This document shows, piece by piece, positions 1-7,527 of a DNA stretch of 17,877 nucleotides. Position 1 is the stretch's first letter. The number at the start of each line of letters is the position of its first letter. The notes beneath the pieces are model-generated. The model was not told the DNA's origin. It was given only the letters and a program-made list of their open reading frames with translations, and searched no databases. The DNA comes from an uncultured archaeon (GTDB lineage Archaea; Iainarchaeota; Iainarchaeia; Iainarchaeales; CSSED10-239). The translations under genes and the position numbers were made by a program. Location of the stretch: contig CAZCAP010000001.1 in NCBI GenBank assembly GCA_964496765.1, positions 45,632 through 63,508 on the forward strand. The letters are read 5' to 3'.

Positions 1-525
1 TTGGGTGTTTCTGTTGCTGCAAAAACATTGATGTCCTATTCTATGCAGCTTAGAAATTCTGATGAAGTTTCTAAAATGCTAACTAACCTAATATCAAGTG
101 TAACTGGTACGTTATCCAGCATGGCAAAGTACATTGCTCCAATCGTTCTTGGAATCACAACAGCTCTTCAAAAGATAGTTATATCCACTCTTACGTCCAT
201 TGCAAACAGTGGTACTCTTGATGAAATGAACAATGCATTTAACTCATTTACAACATCAGGGATAAGCACAGGTGGAATGGATGTTTCAGGAATAGGTTCC
301 ATTGGTTCAATAGATATGGGTGCAGTTAGTCAGCTTGCTGGTCCAACAACCTTCTTAATAATAGTTGCAATCTATGTGATTGAGATAGTTATTATTATGA
401 CATTCTTTACAACAATGGTTGAACAGGATAACATAACTCTTGCAAAACTAAGAATAGCACAAACATTACCAATAGCTACCATTTTATTTATCTTAACCAC
501 AATTGTGTCTAATCTAATATTTTAA
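1..525 (+). CDS. C-terminal part of a polytopic membrane protein resembling archaeal type II secretion F / TadC / FlaJ platform proteins (5' truncated by window)
   Basis: Open frame from base 1 to TAA at 523-525. Three hydrophobic segments (YIAPIVLGITTALQKIVI; TTFLIIVAIYVIEIVIIMTFF; LPIATILFILTTIVSNLIF), with 'EQDNITLAKLRIAQTLPIATILF' resembling the end of T2SF-type proteins. Next to prepilin-like genes. Confidence 0.5.
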   Translation: MGVSVAAKTLMSYSMQLRNSDEVSKMLTNLISSVTGTLSSMAKYIAPIVLGITTALQKIVISTLTSIANSGTLDEMNNAFNSFTTSGISTGGMDVSGIGSIGSIDMGAVSQLAGPTTFLIIVAIYVIEIVIIMTFFTTMVEQDNITLAKLRIAQTLPIATILFILTTIVSNLIF

Positions 526-539
526 ATTATTGAGAAAAT

Positions 540-1022
540 ATGAAAGCAGCAAAATTAGCTACTCTGAAAAAAGCATTATTAAATCAAAAAGTAATTACAA
601 ATGTTGTTCATGATAAAAAAGGTATAAAGACTAATGAGTATCATTTAACCTATAGAGAAAGAGGAAAAACACTTGAAATTCATGATTTTGTTTCTAATGG
701 AGGACTCACCTATAAAAAAGCAATTGCCTTTAAAAAGAAATTAATTAAACATGCAAAAGATAATAACATGAATAAGATTGTTGCAAATACCTGGATATTT
801 TATGAATATCCAAAATATGCTGAGTTGTTTGGATTCAAACTAGTAGAAGGTAGTGCAAGAGATTATGAACGTCTTAAAAAAAAGTATAATGTTAAAAAGA
901 TAATAGGGGCAGATGTAAACAAATACAGATTGTATGCCTTTGATAACACAGGTAACATATGTGTAATGAAATTCAATTTTAAACATACGCTCCCAAGATG
1001 GGAATTGGATTTAAATGGATAA
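540..1022 (+). CDS. Hypothetical basic protein, possibly a degenerate GNAT-like fold
   Basis: 160-aa ORF immediately downstream of the first ORF. 'MNKIVANTWIFYEYPKYAELFGFKLVEG' resembles the C-terminal beta-alpha part of GNAT domains (weak). Confidence 0.6.
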   Translation: MKAAKLATLKKALLNQKVITNVVHDKKGIKTNEYHLTYRERGKTLEIHDFVSNGGLTYKKAIAFKKKLIKHAKDNNMNKIVANTWIFYEYPKYAELFGFKLVEGSARDYERLKKKYNVKKIIGADVNKYRLYAFDNTGNICVMKFNFKHTLPRWELDLNG

Positions 1023-1028
1023 TTAAAT

Positions 1029-1535
1029 ATGAATAAACTATTCAAAAAAATTAGCTTGAATGAGAAGGGAGATGAAGCATTTGAATCCTTTCGTCTTCTA
1101 ATTGCTTTTGCTCTAGCAACAGCTGTTCTTGTAATCATTATCGTTATGGTGGGCAGAGTAAACAACCAATCAATCATTATCAGCACAGCGAAGCTTGAAG
1201 AAGGAGTAATTTCTGCAAGCAAAGGTCCAGGAGTAACCACTGAAACCCCATTTATTATTGAAGATGTTATGCTTTCAGGAATAATTTCTAAAGATAGAAT
1301 ATCCAAGTTAACTGGATACTCAAAAAATTGTATAGCTTTTATAACAGGTCCTGGTTTTGAAAATAATGATGCATACATAGAAGTAAATAAAAAGTACATT
1401 AAAACAGATGTTTATGTTTATTGTGGTTTCGGGAATTCAATTCCTTCTGAAATAACTTCATTATTTAATTTCAATTGTCCAACATATTGTGCATTATATT
1501 TTAATGTAAGTCCACCAAGTAGCTTATACCCATAA
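1029..1535 (+). CDS. Prepilin-like protein with class III-like signal (EKG|DEAFESFRLLIA...) and Cys-containing extracytoplasmic domain
   Basis: N-terminus MNKLFKKISLNEKGDEAFESFRLLIAFALATAVLVIIIVMVGR: basic leader, G, amphipathic segment, one TM. Four Cys in the mature part. Confidence 0.7.
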   Translation: MNKLFKKISLNEKGDEAFESFRLLIAFALATAVLVIIIVMVGRVNNQSIIISTAKLEEGVISASKGPGVTTETPFIIEDVMLSGIISKDRISKLTGYSKNCIAFITGPGFENNDAYIEVNKKYIKTDVYVYCGFGNSIPSEITSLFNFNCPTYCALYFNVSPPSSLYP

Positions 1536-1555
1536 CTATAAATTAATTATAATTG

Positions 1556-2068
1556 ATGAAAAATATGAACATACTAAACAAATTAAAATGGTTTTTAATT
1601 GCAATCATTATTCTAGTACTTGGTTACTTCTTTGGATTAATCATCCTTGGAGTTATCTTTGGAATAATAATACTTTTAACCATATTCTTTGTTTTGAGTC
1701 TAATACTAAATAAGTTAATTGATTTAGTTAAAAGTGGTTTTATGAAAAACCTAATTAAGATGGTATTTGCATCAGGGATCACTGTTGCTATTATCCTGAT
1801 CTTTTGGAAACTATTCTTTGTCCCCATTATCATAAAATCAAGCACAACAGGAATAACACTCATATGGGTAGTAACTGCTATTTTATTTGGAACGCTATGG
1901 AACTTTATGACAATTAGAAGAAGAGTAATATATACCTATAAGAATCATTTATTTGATTATAAACAATCAAAACAGCAACCAGGAATACACGTATGGGATA
2001 TACTTTTCATGCTTATAATCCCAACCATAATAACAGTATGCTTTAATCTAGTATATCAGATAGTTTAA
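1556..2068 (+). CDS. Polytopic membrane protein, about 4 TM segments, unknown function
   Basis: Supplied ORF starts at TTG 1553; ATG 1556 is the more likely start (MKNMNILNKLKWFLIAIIILVLGYFFG...). Strongly hydrophobic segments. Confidence 0.65.
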   Translation: MKNMNILNKLKWFLIAIIILVLGYFFGLIILGVIFGIIILLTIFFVLSLILNKLIDLVKSGFMKNLIKMVFASGITVAIILIFWKLFFVPIIIKSSTTGITLIWVVTAILFGTLWNFMTIRRRVIYTYKNHLFDYKQSKQQPGIHVWDILFMLIIPTIITVCFNLVYQIV

Positions 2069-2089
2069 AGGAAACGTCAGAGAAATACA

Positions 2090-2157
2090 TTTAAATATGT
2101 TTTGATTTAATGTTTTAATTGAAAAACATATAATATTTATGTCTATTATAAGGAGGA
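2090..2157 (+). promoter_or_regulatory. Putative archaeal TATA-like box (TTTAAATAT, 2090-2098) and strong Shine-Dalgarno (AGGAGGA, 2151-2157) for the 2167 gene
   Basis: TTTAAATAT in the intergenic region; AGGAGGAC about 10 nt before ATG 2167. Confidence 0.5.
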
Positions 2158-2166
2158 CGAATAAAA

Positions 2167-2703
2167 ATGTTAGACTTATCAAATATTTTAAAATTTAAAA
2201 ACAAAAAAGGACAAGCATTCTCAACCTTTCAATTATTAATTGCAGCTGTTGTTGCACTTGCTCTTTTAGGAGTATTAATGCCAATAATTATGAAGACACT
2301 TGGATTTGCTCAGGGAGATCCAATCTCAACCTCAAAGCAATTGCTTCAAGGTCAGGTTGATAATCCAGGAACTCTCGCATACACAGATTCCGTTGCTTTC
2401 ACAGACAAAAAAAAATCATTAACAGCATCAGGAATATCTGAAAACACAGGTTTATCTCCAGATCAAGTTAGATTTGCAAGTGATCTAGATAATGATTTTG
2501 ATGTGCTAGTTGATGGAAAAGGAATAAATTATAAAAAATCAACTAAGGGAACATACAAGATAGGAATTATCTGTGATTATATAGAAAATTTAGATGATTC
2601 AATAGATGCATACGTAGAAATACCAACAACAGCAGATTCAGGTTTATTTCCTAACATAACTGAACAAAAAGTATGTGTTGTATTCCCTAAGAGAGCTTCA
2701 TAA
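2167..2703 (+). CDS. Prepilin-like protein, candidate major subunit (KKG|QAFSTFQLLIAAVVALALLG)
   Basis: Class III signal-like NKKGQAFSTFQLLIAAVV, single TM, two Cys, strong RBS, and a terminator-like hairpin at the stop codon. Confidence 0.78.
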   Translation: MLDLSNILKFKNKKGQAFSTFQLLIAAVVALALLGVLMPIIMKTLGFAQGDPISTSKQLLQGQVDNPGTLAYTDSVAFTDKKKSLTASGISENTGLSPDQVRFASDLDNDFDVLVDGKGINYKKSTKGTYKIGIICDYIENLDDSIDAYVEIPTTADSGLFPNITEQKVCVVFPKRAS

Positions 2704-2735
2704 AGCTCTTTTCCCTTCCCTTTTTTATTTCTTTT
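2689..2735 (+). terminator. Terminator-like hairpin overlapping the stop codon of the 2167-2703 gene, followed by a pyrimidine/T-rich tract
   Basis: AAGAGAGCTT (2689-2698) pairs with AAGCTCTTTT (2703-2712) over a CATA loop, 10 bp with one G-U, then CCCTTCCCTTTTTTATTTC. Confidence 0.55.
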
Positions 2736-2766
2736 CTTTTATTATATATTTAGGATGAATTAAATT

Positions 2767-2988
2767 ATGAAAAGATTAATTGCAGATCTAAAGAAAGCTC
2801 TTAAGGAGAATAGAGGACAGGCAGAATCAAGTACTCTTTACATGCTTCTTATTGTTGTTATTGTTGCAATCATCCTAATAGCTGTTGTTAAACCAATGTT
2901 TAATAATTCTGTTAAAGCAAGTGCTAAAAAAGCAGCTCTTCCTTCTAACACAGTTACTGGTGGAACTGAAGGAACAGCTACAAGTTAA
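2767..2988 (+). CDS. Small 73-aa prepilin-like protein (NRG|QAESSTLYMLLIVVIVAIILIAVV)
   Basis: ATG at 2767 preceded by AGGATGA. Class III-like signal with RGQAES, single TM, very short Ser/Thr/Gly-rich C-terminus. Size resembles Flp-like small pilins. Confidence 0.75.
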   Translation: MKRLIADLKKALKENRGQAESSTLYMLLIVVIVAIILIAVVKPMFNNSVKASAKKAALPSNTVTGGTEGTATS

Positions 2989-3039
2989 ACTTATTATCTT
3001 TAGTTGAATGTTTCTAAATTATATAAAAACTAAACGTTA

Positions 3040-3056
3040 TGTAGCCATAGGTTACA
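3040..3056. promoter_or_regulatory. Small inverted repeat upstream of the PIN/UPF0175 operon, possible autoregulatory operator
   Basis: TGTAGCC-ATA-GGTTACA: 7-bp stem with one G-U/mismatch, about 60 bp before ATG 3116. Confidence 0.3.
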
Positions 3057-3115
3057 ATTTAATAAAACGTAATATATTTAATTCTTTCTATATAATATAT
3101 ATTTGGTGCTAACAA

Positions 3116-3613
3116 ATGGAAATAGTTATATCTGATTCATCAACTTTAATATTATTATCTAAATCAAAATTGTTAATAAAACTTATTCAGTTTGTAAAAA
3201 TTCACATACCAAAAATAGTTTACAGTGAAGTGTTAAAAGGTAAAGAAAAAAATTATTATGATGCTTTTGAAATTGAAAATTTAGTTATGAACCACAAAAT
3301 TACAATTTCTGAACCAAGTCAAAGCATGGTCAATGAAATTGCAAAATTATATAAGATTGATATTGGAGAATTATATGCAATCGCTCTCGCAAAAGAATTA
3401 AATAAAATAATATTGATTGATGATAGAAAAGGAATAAATGTATGTAATTGTTTGCATTTGCAGTTGTATACCTCATGGTTACTTCTGTTTGAGATGTATA
3501 AAACTAAATTAATTACTAGTGAAAATGCAAAAGAATCCTTAAATTTATTAATAATAAATGGAAGATTCAATAAATCAGAAATAGAAGAAATGAAAAAATT
3601 AATTATGGGATAA
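3116..3613 (+). CDS. PIN-domain toxin, DUF3368-like
   Basis: Conserved acidic positions and motifs: VISDSSTLILLSK, YSEVLKGK, DIGELYAIALAKEL, IILIDDRKG. GGTG ribosome site at 3105-3108. Confidence 0.85.
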   Translation: MEIVISDSSTLILLSKSKLLIKLIQFVKIHIPKIVYSEVLKGKEKNYYDAFEIENLVMNHKITISEPSQSMVNEIAKLYKIDIGELYAIALAKELNKIILIDDRKGINVCNCLHLQLYTSWLLLFEMYKTKLITSENAKESLNLLIINGRFNKSEIEEMKKLIMG

Positions 3614-3615
3614 AT

Positions 3616-3999
3616 ATGACCTTGAAAAATGTAAATCTAAGACTCGATGAAAAAGCAACTAGCCAAGTAGACTTAATTATAAAACTAGATACTCTTCTTG
3701 ATAAGGCAAACGTTTATAGAAAAGCAATAGACATAGGACTTAAAGAAATTTCTAAAGAGCTTGCAATTAAATTATATTCAGAAGACGAAATATCTATGTC
3801 TGAAGGTGCAAAACTTTGTAACATTTATATAGGTGAGTTTATGGATATGCTTAGAGAAAGAGGAATAACTCAGAAGGCCTATACTCAAGAACAAAGAGAT
3901 TACATACTAAGTAACATAAATGCACTTAGACCTGCTTTTCTTGCTGAAAAAAAGAAGATTATTAAATATAATTCAAAAATTAAAAAAAACACAAAGTGA
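3616..3999 (+). CDS. UPF0175-like antitoxin
   Basis: Starts 2 nt after the toxin stop. Motif 'KELAIKLYSEDEISMSEGAKLCNIYIGEFMDMLRERGI' matches the UPF0175 LY..g.iS...AA.l......eF...l..rGi pattern. Confidence 0.8.
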   Translation: MTLKNVNLRLDEKATSQVDLIIKLDTLLDKANVYRKAIDIGLKEISKELAIKLYSEDEISMSEGAKLCNIYIGEFMDMLRERGITQKAYTQEQRDYILSNINALRPAFLAEKKKIIKYNSKIKKNTK

Positions 4000-4017
4000 A
4001 AATGAAAAGAAAACTAA

Positions 4018-4025
4018 TTTAAATA
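4018..4025 (+). promoter_or_regulatory. TATA-like box positioned for leaderless transcription of the 4047 gene
   Basis: TTTAAATA, centre about 25 nt upstream of ATG 4047, with no clear Shine-Dalgarno in between. Confidence 0.45.
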
Positions 4026-4046
4026 CTTCTTATTATATTTTAGTAT

Positions 4047-4631
4047 ATGATTTCAAGTGAAGAGTTAAGAAAAGGACAAGTTAGTGCACCTTTCGAAGTT
4101 CTGGTTGCTGTAATTGTTATGGGTTTCGTTATTCTTGCAGGAACCTATGCACTAAAGAATTTATCTGAAAACACCTGTCTTGGAGATAAGAGAAAGGAAA
4201 TGGGTGATCTTGTTTCTTCCCTAAGAGATGTTGTTCTTGGTTCAGATCTTACTTTTAGAAATATAACCTTCCAAACAAAAGCTTGTTTCAATGCAAAAGC
4301 AGAAAGCATTCAATTGAATATCTATAATGAACAAAGTAGATGTACAGCCTACTGTGGAAGTGGAGTTAGCTGTGTTCTCCTAGAATATGTTTATAATGAT
4401 GAAGTCAAGCAACAACGTAAATATCCAATACCTCCAATCTGTACTGGTCTTCCACCAACAATAAACTTTATTACTGTTAATGCAGAATGTGGAATACTAC
4501 CAGATGATCCATGGACTTTAGTTGATCCAGTTACTCAAAAAATAATTGAACCAGGAAGATATAGATTATTTAGAGCAGAAACAGCTGCTGGAACAACAAC
4601 AGCAAACTTTTGCTTTCTAAAAAGCAAATAA
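4047..4631 (+). CDS. Prepilin-like, Cys-rich protein (RKG|QVSAPFEVLVAVIVMGFVILAG)
   Basis: Class III-like signal and single TM; eight Cys in the extracytoplasmic part. Confidence 0.75.
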   Translation: MISSEELRKGQVSAPFEVLVAVIVMGFVILAGTYALKNLSENTCLGDKRKEMGDLVSSLRDVVLGSDLTFRNITFQTKACFNAKAESIQLNIYNEQSRCTAYCGSGVSCVLLEYVYNDEVKQQRKYPIPPICTGLPPTINFITVNAECGILPDDPWTLVDPVTQKIIEPGRYRLFRAETAAGTTTANFCFLKSK

Positions 4632-4652
4632 ATTAATGATAGGTGCAAATGA

Positions 4653-5345
4653 ATGATTGAATTTACTTTATCCAAGCTCAATTTGTTAATCTTTGTAACT
4701 GCTATTGCTGCAATTGTTTTATTTTTCATGAATACTGTTTCATCAAATCTAATGACTAGACAAGGCTTTGAGCTTGCCTACAAGACAGGAAAAGAACTTA
4801 AGGCAGCAATTGATTCTGAAAGCTATTGTACTTTAAAATATATAGACATTCCAGTTAAACTAAAAACAAATGAAAGCCTATCATCTGTATATTCTGTTCC
4901 CTATATAATGAATATATCTACACATGAATTTGATCCAATAGAACAATATGAAAATAAACTAGTAATTACTATTATGAATCAAAAAAAAACAAAAATACTT
5001 GCTGCCTATGATGTTGACTATAATGGGGAAATTACTTTCATAAATGCATTTAAAACAGATACAAATCCAAGATATTATGAGGGTGTGAATAATTGGGAAA
5101 CAAATGACGAAAATATAAATCTCAATCCAACAAGAGAAGACTCAATTGATGCAACTATCCTTTTTATTAAAAAAGTACAAGATAATAAAAATCATTTTTA
5201 CATGATGCCCTGTTCAAAAAAATATGGCTATAGAACATGTTTATATTATGTAATGCCCAAAATATATCCAGATAATGACCTGGATCCAAATGTAAATGTA
5301 AACTGCATAGAAATTGAAAAAGAATTAATAACAGAACCAAACTAA
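4653..5345 (+). CDS. N-terminally anchored single-TM protein of the pilin-like cluster, no obvious prepilin cleavage motif
   Basis: AGGTG ribosome site at 4641-4645. N-terminus MIEFTLSKLNLLIFVTAIAAIVLFFMNTVSS, then a 'LMTRQGFELAYKTGKELKAAIDS' helix and a 4-Cys domain. Confidence 0.7.
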   Translation: MIEFTLSKLNLLIFVTAIAAIVLFFMNTVSSNLMTRQGFELAYKTGKELKAAIDSESYCTLKYIDIPVKLKTNESLSSVYSVPYIMNISTHEFDPIEQYENKLVITIMNQKKTKILAAYDVDYNGEITFINAFKTDTNPRYYEGVNNWETNDENINLNPTREDSIDATILFIKKVQDNKNHFYMMPCSKKYGYRTCLYYVMPKIYPDNDLDPNVNVNCIEIEKELITEPN

Positions 5346-5358
5346 ATGAGATGAAATA

Positions 5359-5910
5359 ATGGTAAAAAATAAAAAAGGATTTATTGGAGCAATCGGAGAT
5401 GATCTTCCTAGTCTTATTCCAATCTTCCTTGGTTTGATTATTTTTTTCGCAGTTTTCTTGAGCACCTACAACACATACAAAACAAACACAGGCCTCTATT
5501 CACTTGAACAGGAAGCAATATCCATTTCAATGATCCTAAAATCAGAACCACTAATCCCTGATTATAATTTATTCATGAAAACTTGTAATAAAGTTAGCAC
5601 AACAAAAAAATGGAATGCATTTATTGTTGACCTACCATTGGACACAAACCAGCAGGAAATATTAAGTATTAATGATCCTGATAATCTATATGGAAACCAA
5701 ATTAAGATTTTTCCAGAAGATCCAGCAACAAACCCACCAAAAAGATATATTTGTGATGATAATCTAGAAAATCTAACTAATCTATTAAATATCAAAGACG
5801 CAACAACTAAAAAAATAACCTATCTATATCCAATAACATTACAGGATGGAAAATTTGCTAAGCCCGCAAGATTGTATGTTATTGTTTCTGAAGAACAAAA
5901 AGATGTATAA
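5359..5910 (+). CDS. Single-TM secreted protein, pilin-like N-terminus (NKKG|FIGAIGDDLPSLIPIFLGLIIFFAVF)
   Basis: Basic leader MVKNKKG, then acidic residues and a hydrophobic helix; two Cys. Starts 14 nt after the preceding stop. Confidence 0.7.
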   Translation: MVKNKKGFIGAIGDDLPSLIPIFLGLIIFFAVFLSTYNTYKTNTGLYSLEQEAISISMILKSEPLIPDYNLFMKTCNKVSTTKKWNAFIVDLPLDTNQQEILSINDPDNLYGNQIKIFPEDPATNPPKRYICDDNLENLTNLLNIKDATTKKITYLYPITLQDGKFAKPARLYVIVSEEQKDV

Positions 5911-5912
5911 AT

Positions 5913-6743
5913 ATGTTAAATGTACTTGAAGTAATAAATAATAGAAAGAAAGGCCAAGCAGCAATAACTGATGCACTCTTCTTTCTAACCATAATTGTAA
6001 CGCTTGCAGTATTATTGTTTAAGTTTTCATCCACCTATGGAGATAGAATTGATCTTGCAACTTCAAATCTTTATTTTAAAGAATATTCTAACTCAGCAAT
6101 GAAAACAATATTTTATTCAGAGGTTCCACTTGATTATTCTCTTAATCTTGAAACCGCAGGAGAAGCAGATTATTTAATGACATCAATTAAAGCAGATTAC
6201 TTTAAAGATGGGGTTATTGGAAAGACACTACCACAAGTAAGTGGAGGGGATCATAATTTAATTAACAAGATATCAGGAATGGATGGAGATGATATTGCGA
6301 AATTTAATCTCTATCACACAATTAAAGCTGTTATGTATCCTCTACCAACCTATGATTATGTATTCTATTTGTACAACATAGATTTAGAGAGATTTGAATT
6401 TGTTCTAATTAAACTAACTGATTTTGGGGCAATTAGTAATCAAGCCACAAACTATCAAGTAACCTATAGTGATGACCCCTTCCAAAAGTATTATCTGTGT
6501 AATCCAAATAGTTATTCTGAGATTAGAACTCTAGTTGAAAAAGTAAATAGAGTATACGCATCATCAATACCTCTACAATTTGTTGTAAATAATGTGGATA
6601 GGCAAATAAATAATACGTTTGCAACCTGGGCAGCAACCACAGCAATCACAGAGGATGATCTAGTAAATGATTACATGAATTGTATAGAAATAGATGATGA
6701 CCAAATTAAAGAAGATGCAGCTGCAAATCCACTAATGGATTAA
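5913..6743 (+). CDS. Prepilin-like protein, largest of the series (RKKG|QAAITDALFFLTIIVTLAVLLF)
   Basis: Class III-like signal RKKGQAAITDALFF, single TM, 276 aa, two Cys. Starts 2 nt after the preceding stop. Confidence 0.75.
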   Translation: MLNVLEVINNRKKGQAAITDALFFLTIIVTLAVLLFKFSSTYGDRIDLATSNLYFKEYSNSAMKTIFYSEVPLDYSLNLETAGEADYLMTSIKADYFKDGVIGKTLPQVSGGDHNLINKISGMDGDDIAKFNLYHTIKAVMYPLPTYDYVFYLYNIDLERFEFVLIKLTDFGAISNQATNYQVTYSDDPFQKYYLCNPNSYSEIRTLVEKVNRVYASSIPLQFVVNNVDRQINNTFATWAATTAITEDDLVNDYMNCIEIDDDQIKEDAAANPLMD

Positions 6744-7432
6744 AATTTCAATCCTAAATCATCATCAGAATCTTCGTTATCATTATCCAATAAATCTAAA
6801 TCTTCTTCTTCCTTAAGTAATTTAGAAATATCTGTTTTCTTTGTGGGTTTTGTTGTTTCCTTTGCTTTCTTAGAAACCTCTTTTGATTTTTGATTTTCAG
6901 ATTCTTTTTCCCTATCTTTCTTTATTTTATCTTGAATCTCTTTATTCTTTGCTTTATTTATTTCTTCGGTTTTGTTTTCATTTTCAATCTGAATATACAA
7001 ATCATCAACAACAAGTCTTAGTTTATCCCTATCAATTGAAACATCAAAATTATCATCAGTTTGCTTTTCCGTGCTTGGAGATTTAATTCCTGTGTCAGAG
7101 CTTGCTCTATAGTGTTTAGTAACTGCACTCTTAACAATGTTTTTTTCTAACTCAATATTATTTACTTTTAACTCATCATAAATTGCATCAGCAATACTAT
7201 CAAGATCAGGATTAATAACCTCTGACATATCATCAAGAACCTTGTTCATTAGTTCCTTCTTATCCAATGATACATTCGTTGGCACTACTTTTTCAATCTT
7301 GGTTTTAGAATTACCTACAGTAGAATAATCATCAGAAACATCATCTATTGGGCTTGTGGTGTACACAATTTCCCCATCAACAATCTTTCTATAATGTCTT
7401 TTTTCTCGTCTATTTAATGTATTTGCATCCAT
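6740..7432 (-). CDS. Highly charged, probably largely disordered/coiled cytosolic protein with an acidic C-terminal tail
   Basis: Likely start is the internal Met (MDANTLNRREKRHYRK, ATG at 7432) rather than 7486. Lys/Glu-rich repeats and tail EEEDLDLLDNDNEDSDDDLGLKF; no signal or TM after this start. Confidence 0.65.
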   Translation of the reverse strand: MDANTLNRREKRHYRKIVDGEIVYTTSPIDDVSDDYSTVGNSKTKIEKVVPTNVSLDKKELMNKVLDDMSEVINPDLDSIADAIYDELKVNNIELEKNIVKSAVTKHYRASSDTGIKSPSTEKQTDDNFDVSIDRDKLRLVVDDLYIQIENENKTEEINKAKNKEIQDKIKKDREKESENQKSKEVSKKAKETTKPTKKTDISKLLKEEEDLDLLDNDNEDSDDDLGLKF

Positions 7433-7527
7433 AATTATCAAATTTAGTATATAACAGGTATATAATAATCCTTTTAAATGTTTCAATTATAAATATAATA
7501 TATATTTTAAATAAAAAAGGATTAAAA

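Noticed and set aside
863-1863. Minus-strand ORFs 863-1399 and 1624-1863
   Set aside because: Overlap better supported plus-strand genes (hypothetical, prepilin-like and membrane protein) and have no recognisable features.
3319-5795. Minus-strand ORFs 3319-3570, 4535-4729 and 5562-5795
   Set aside because: Antisense to the PIN toxin and pilin-like genes, short, no support.
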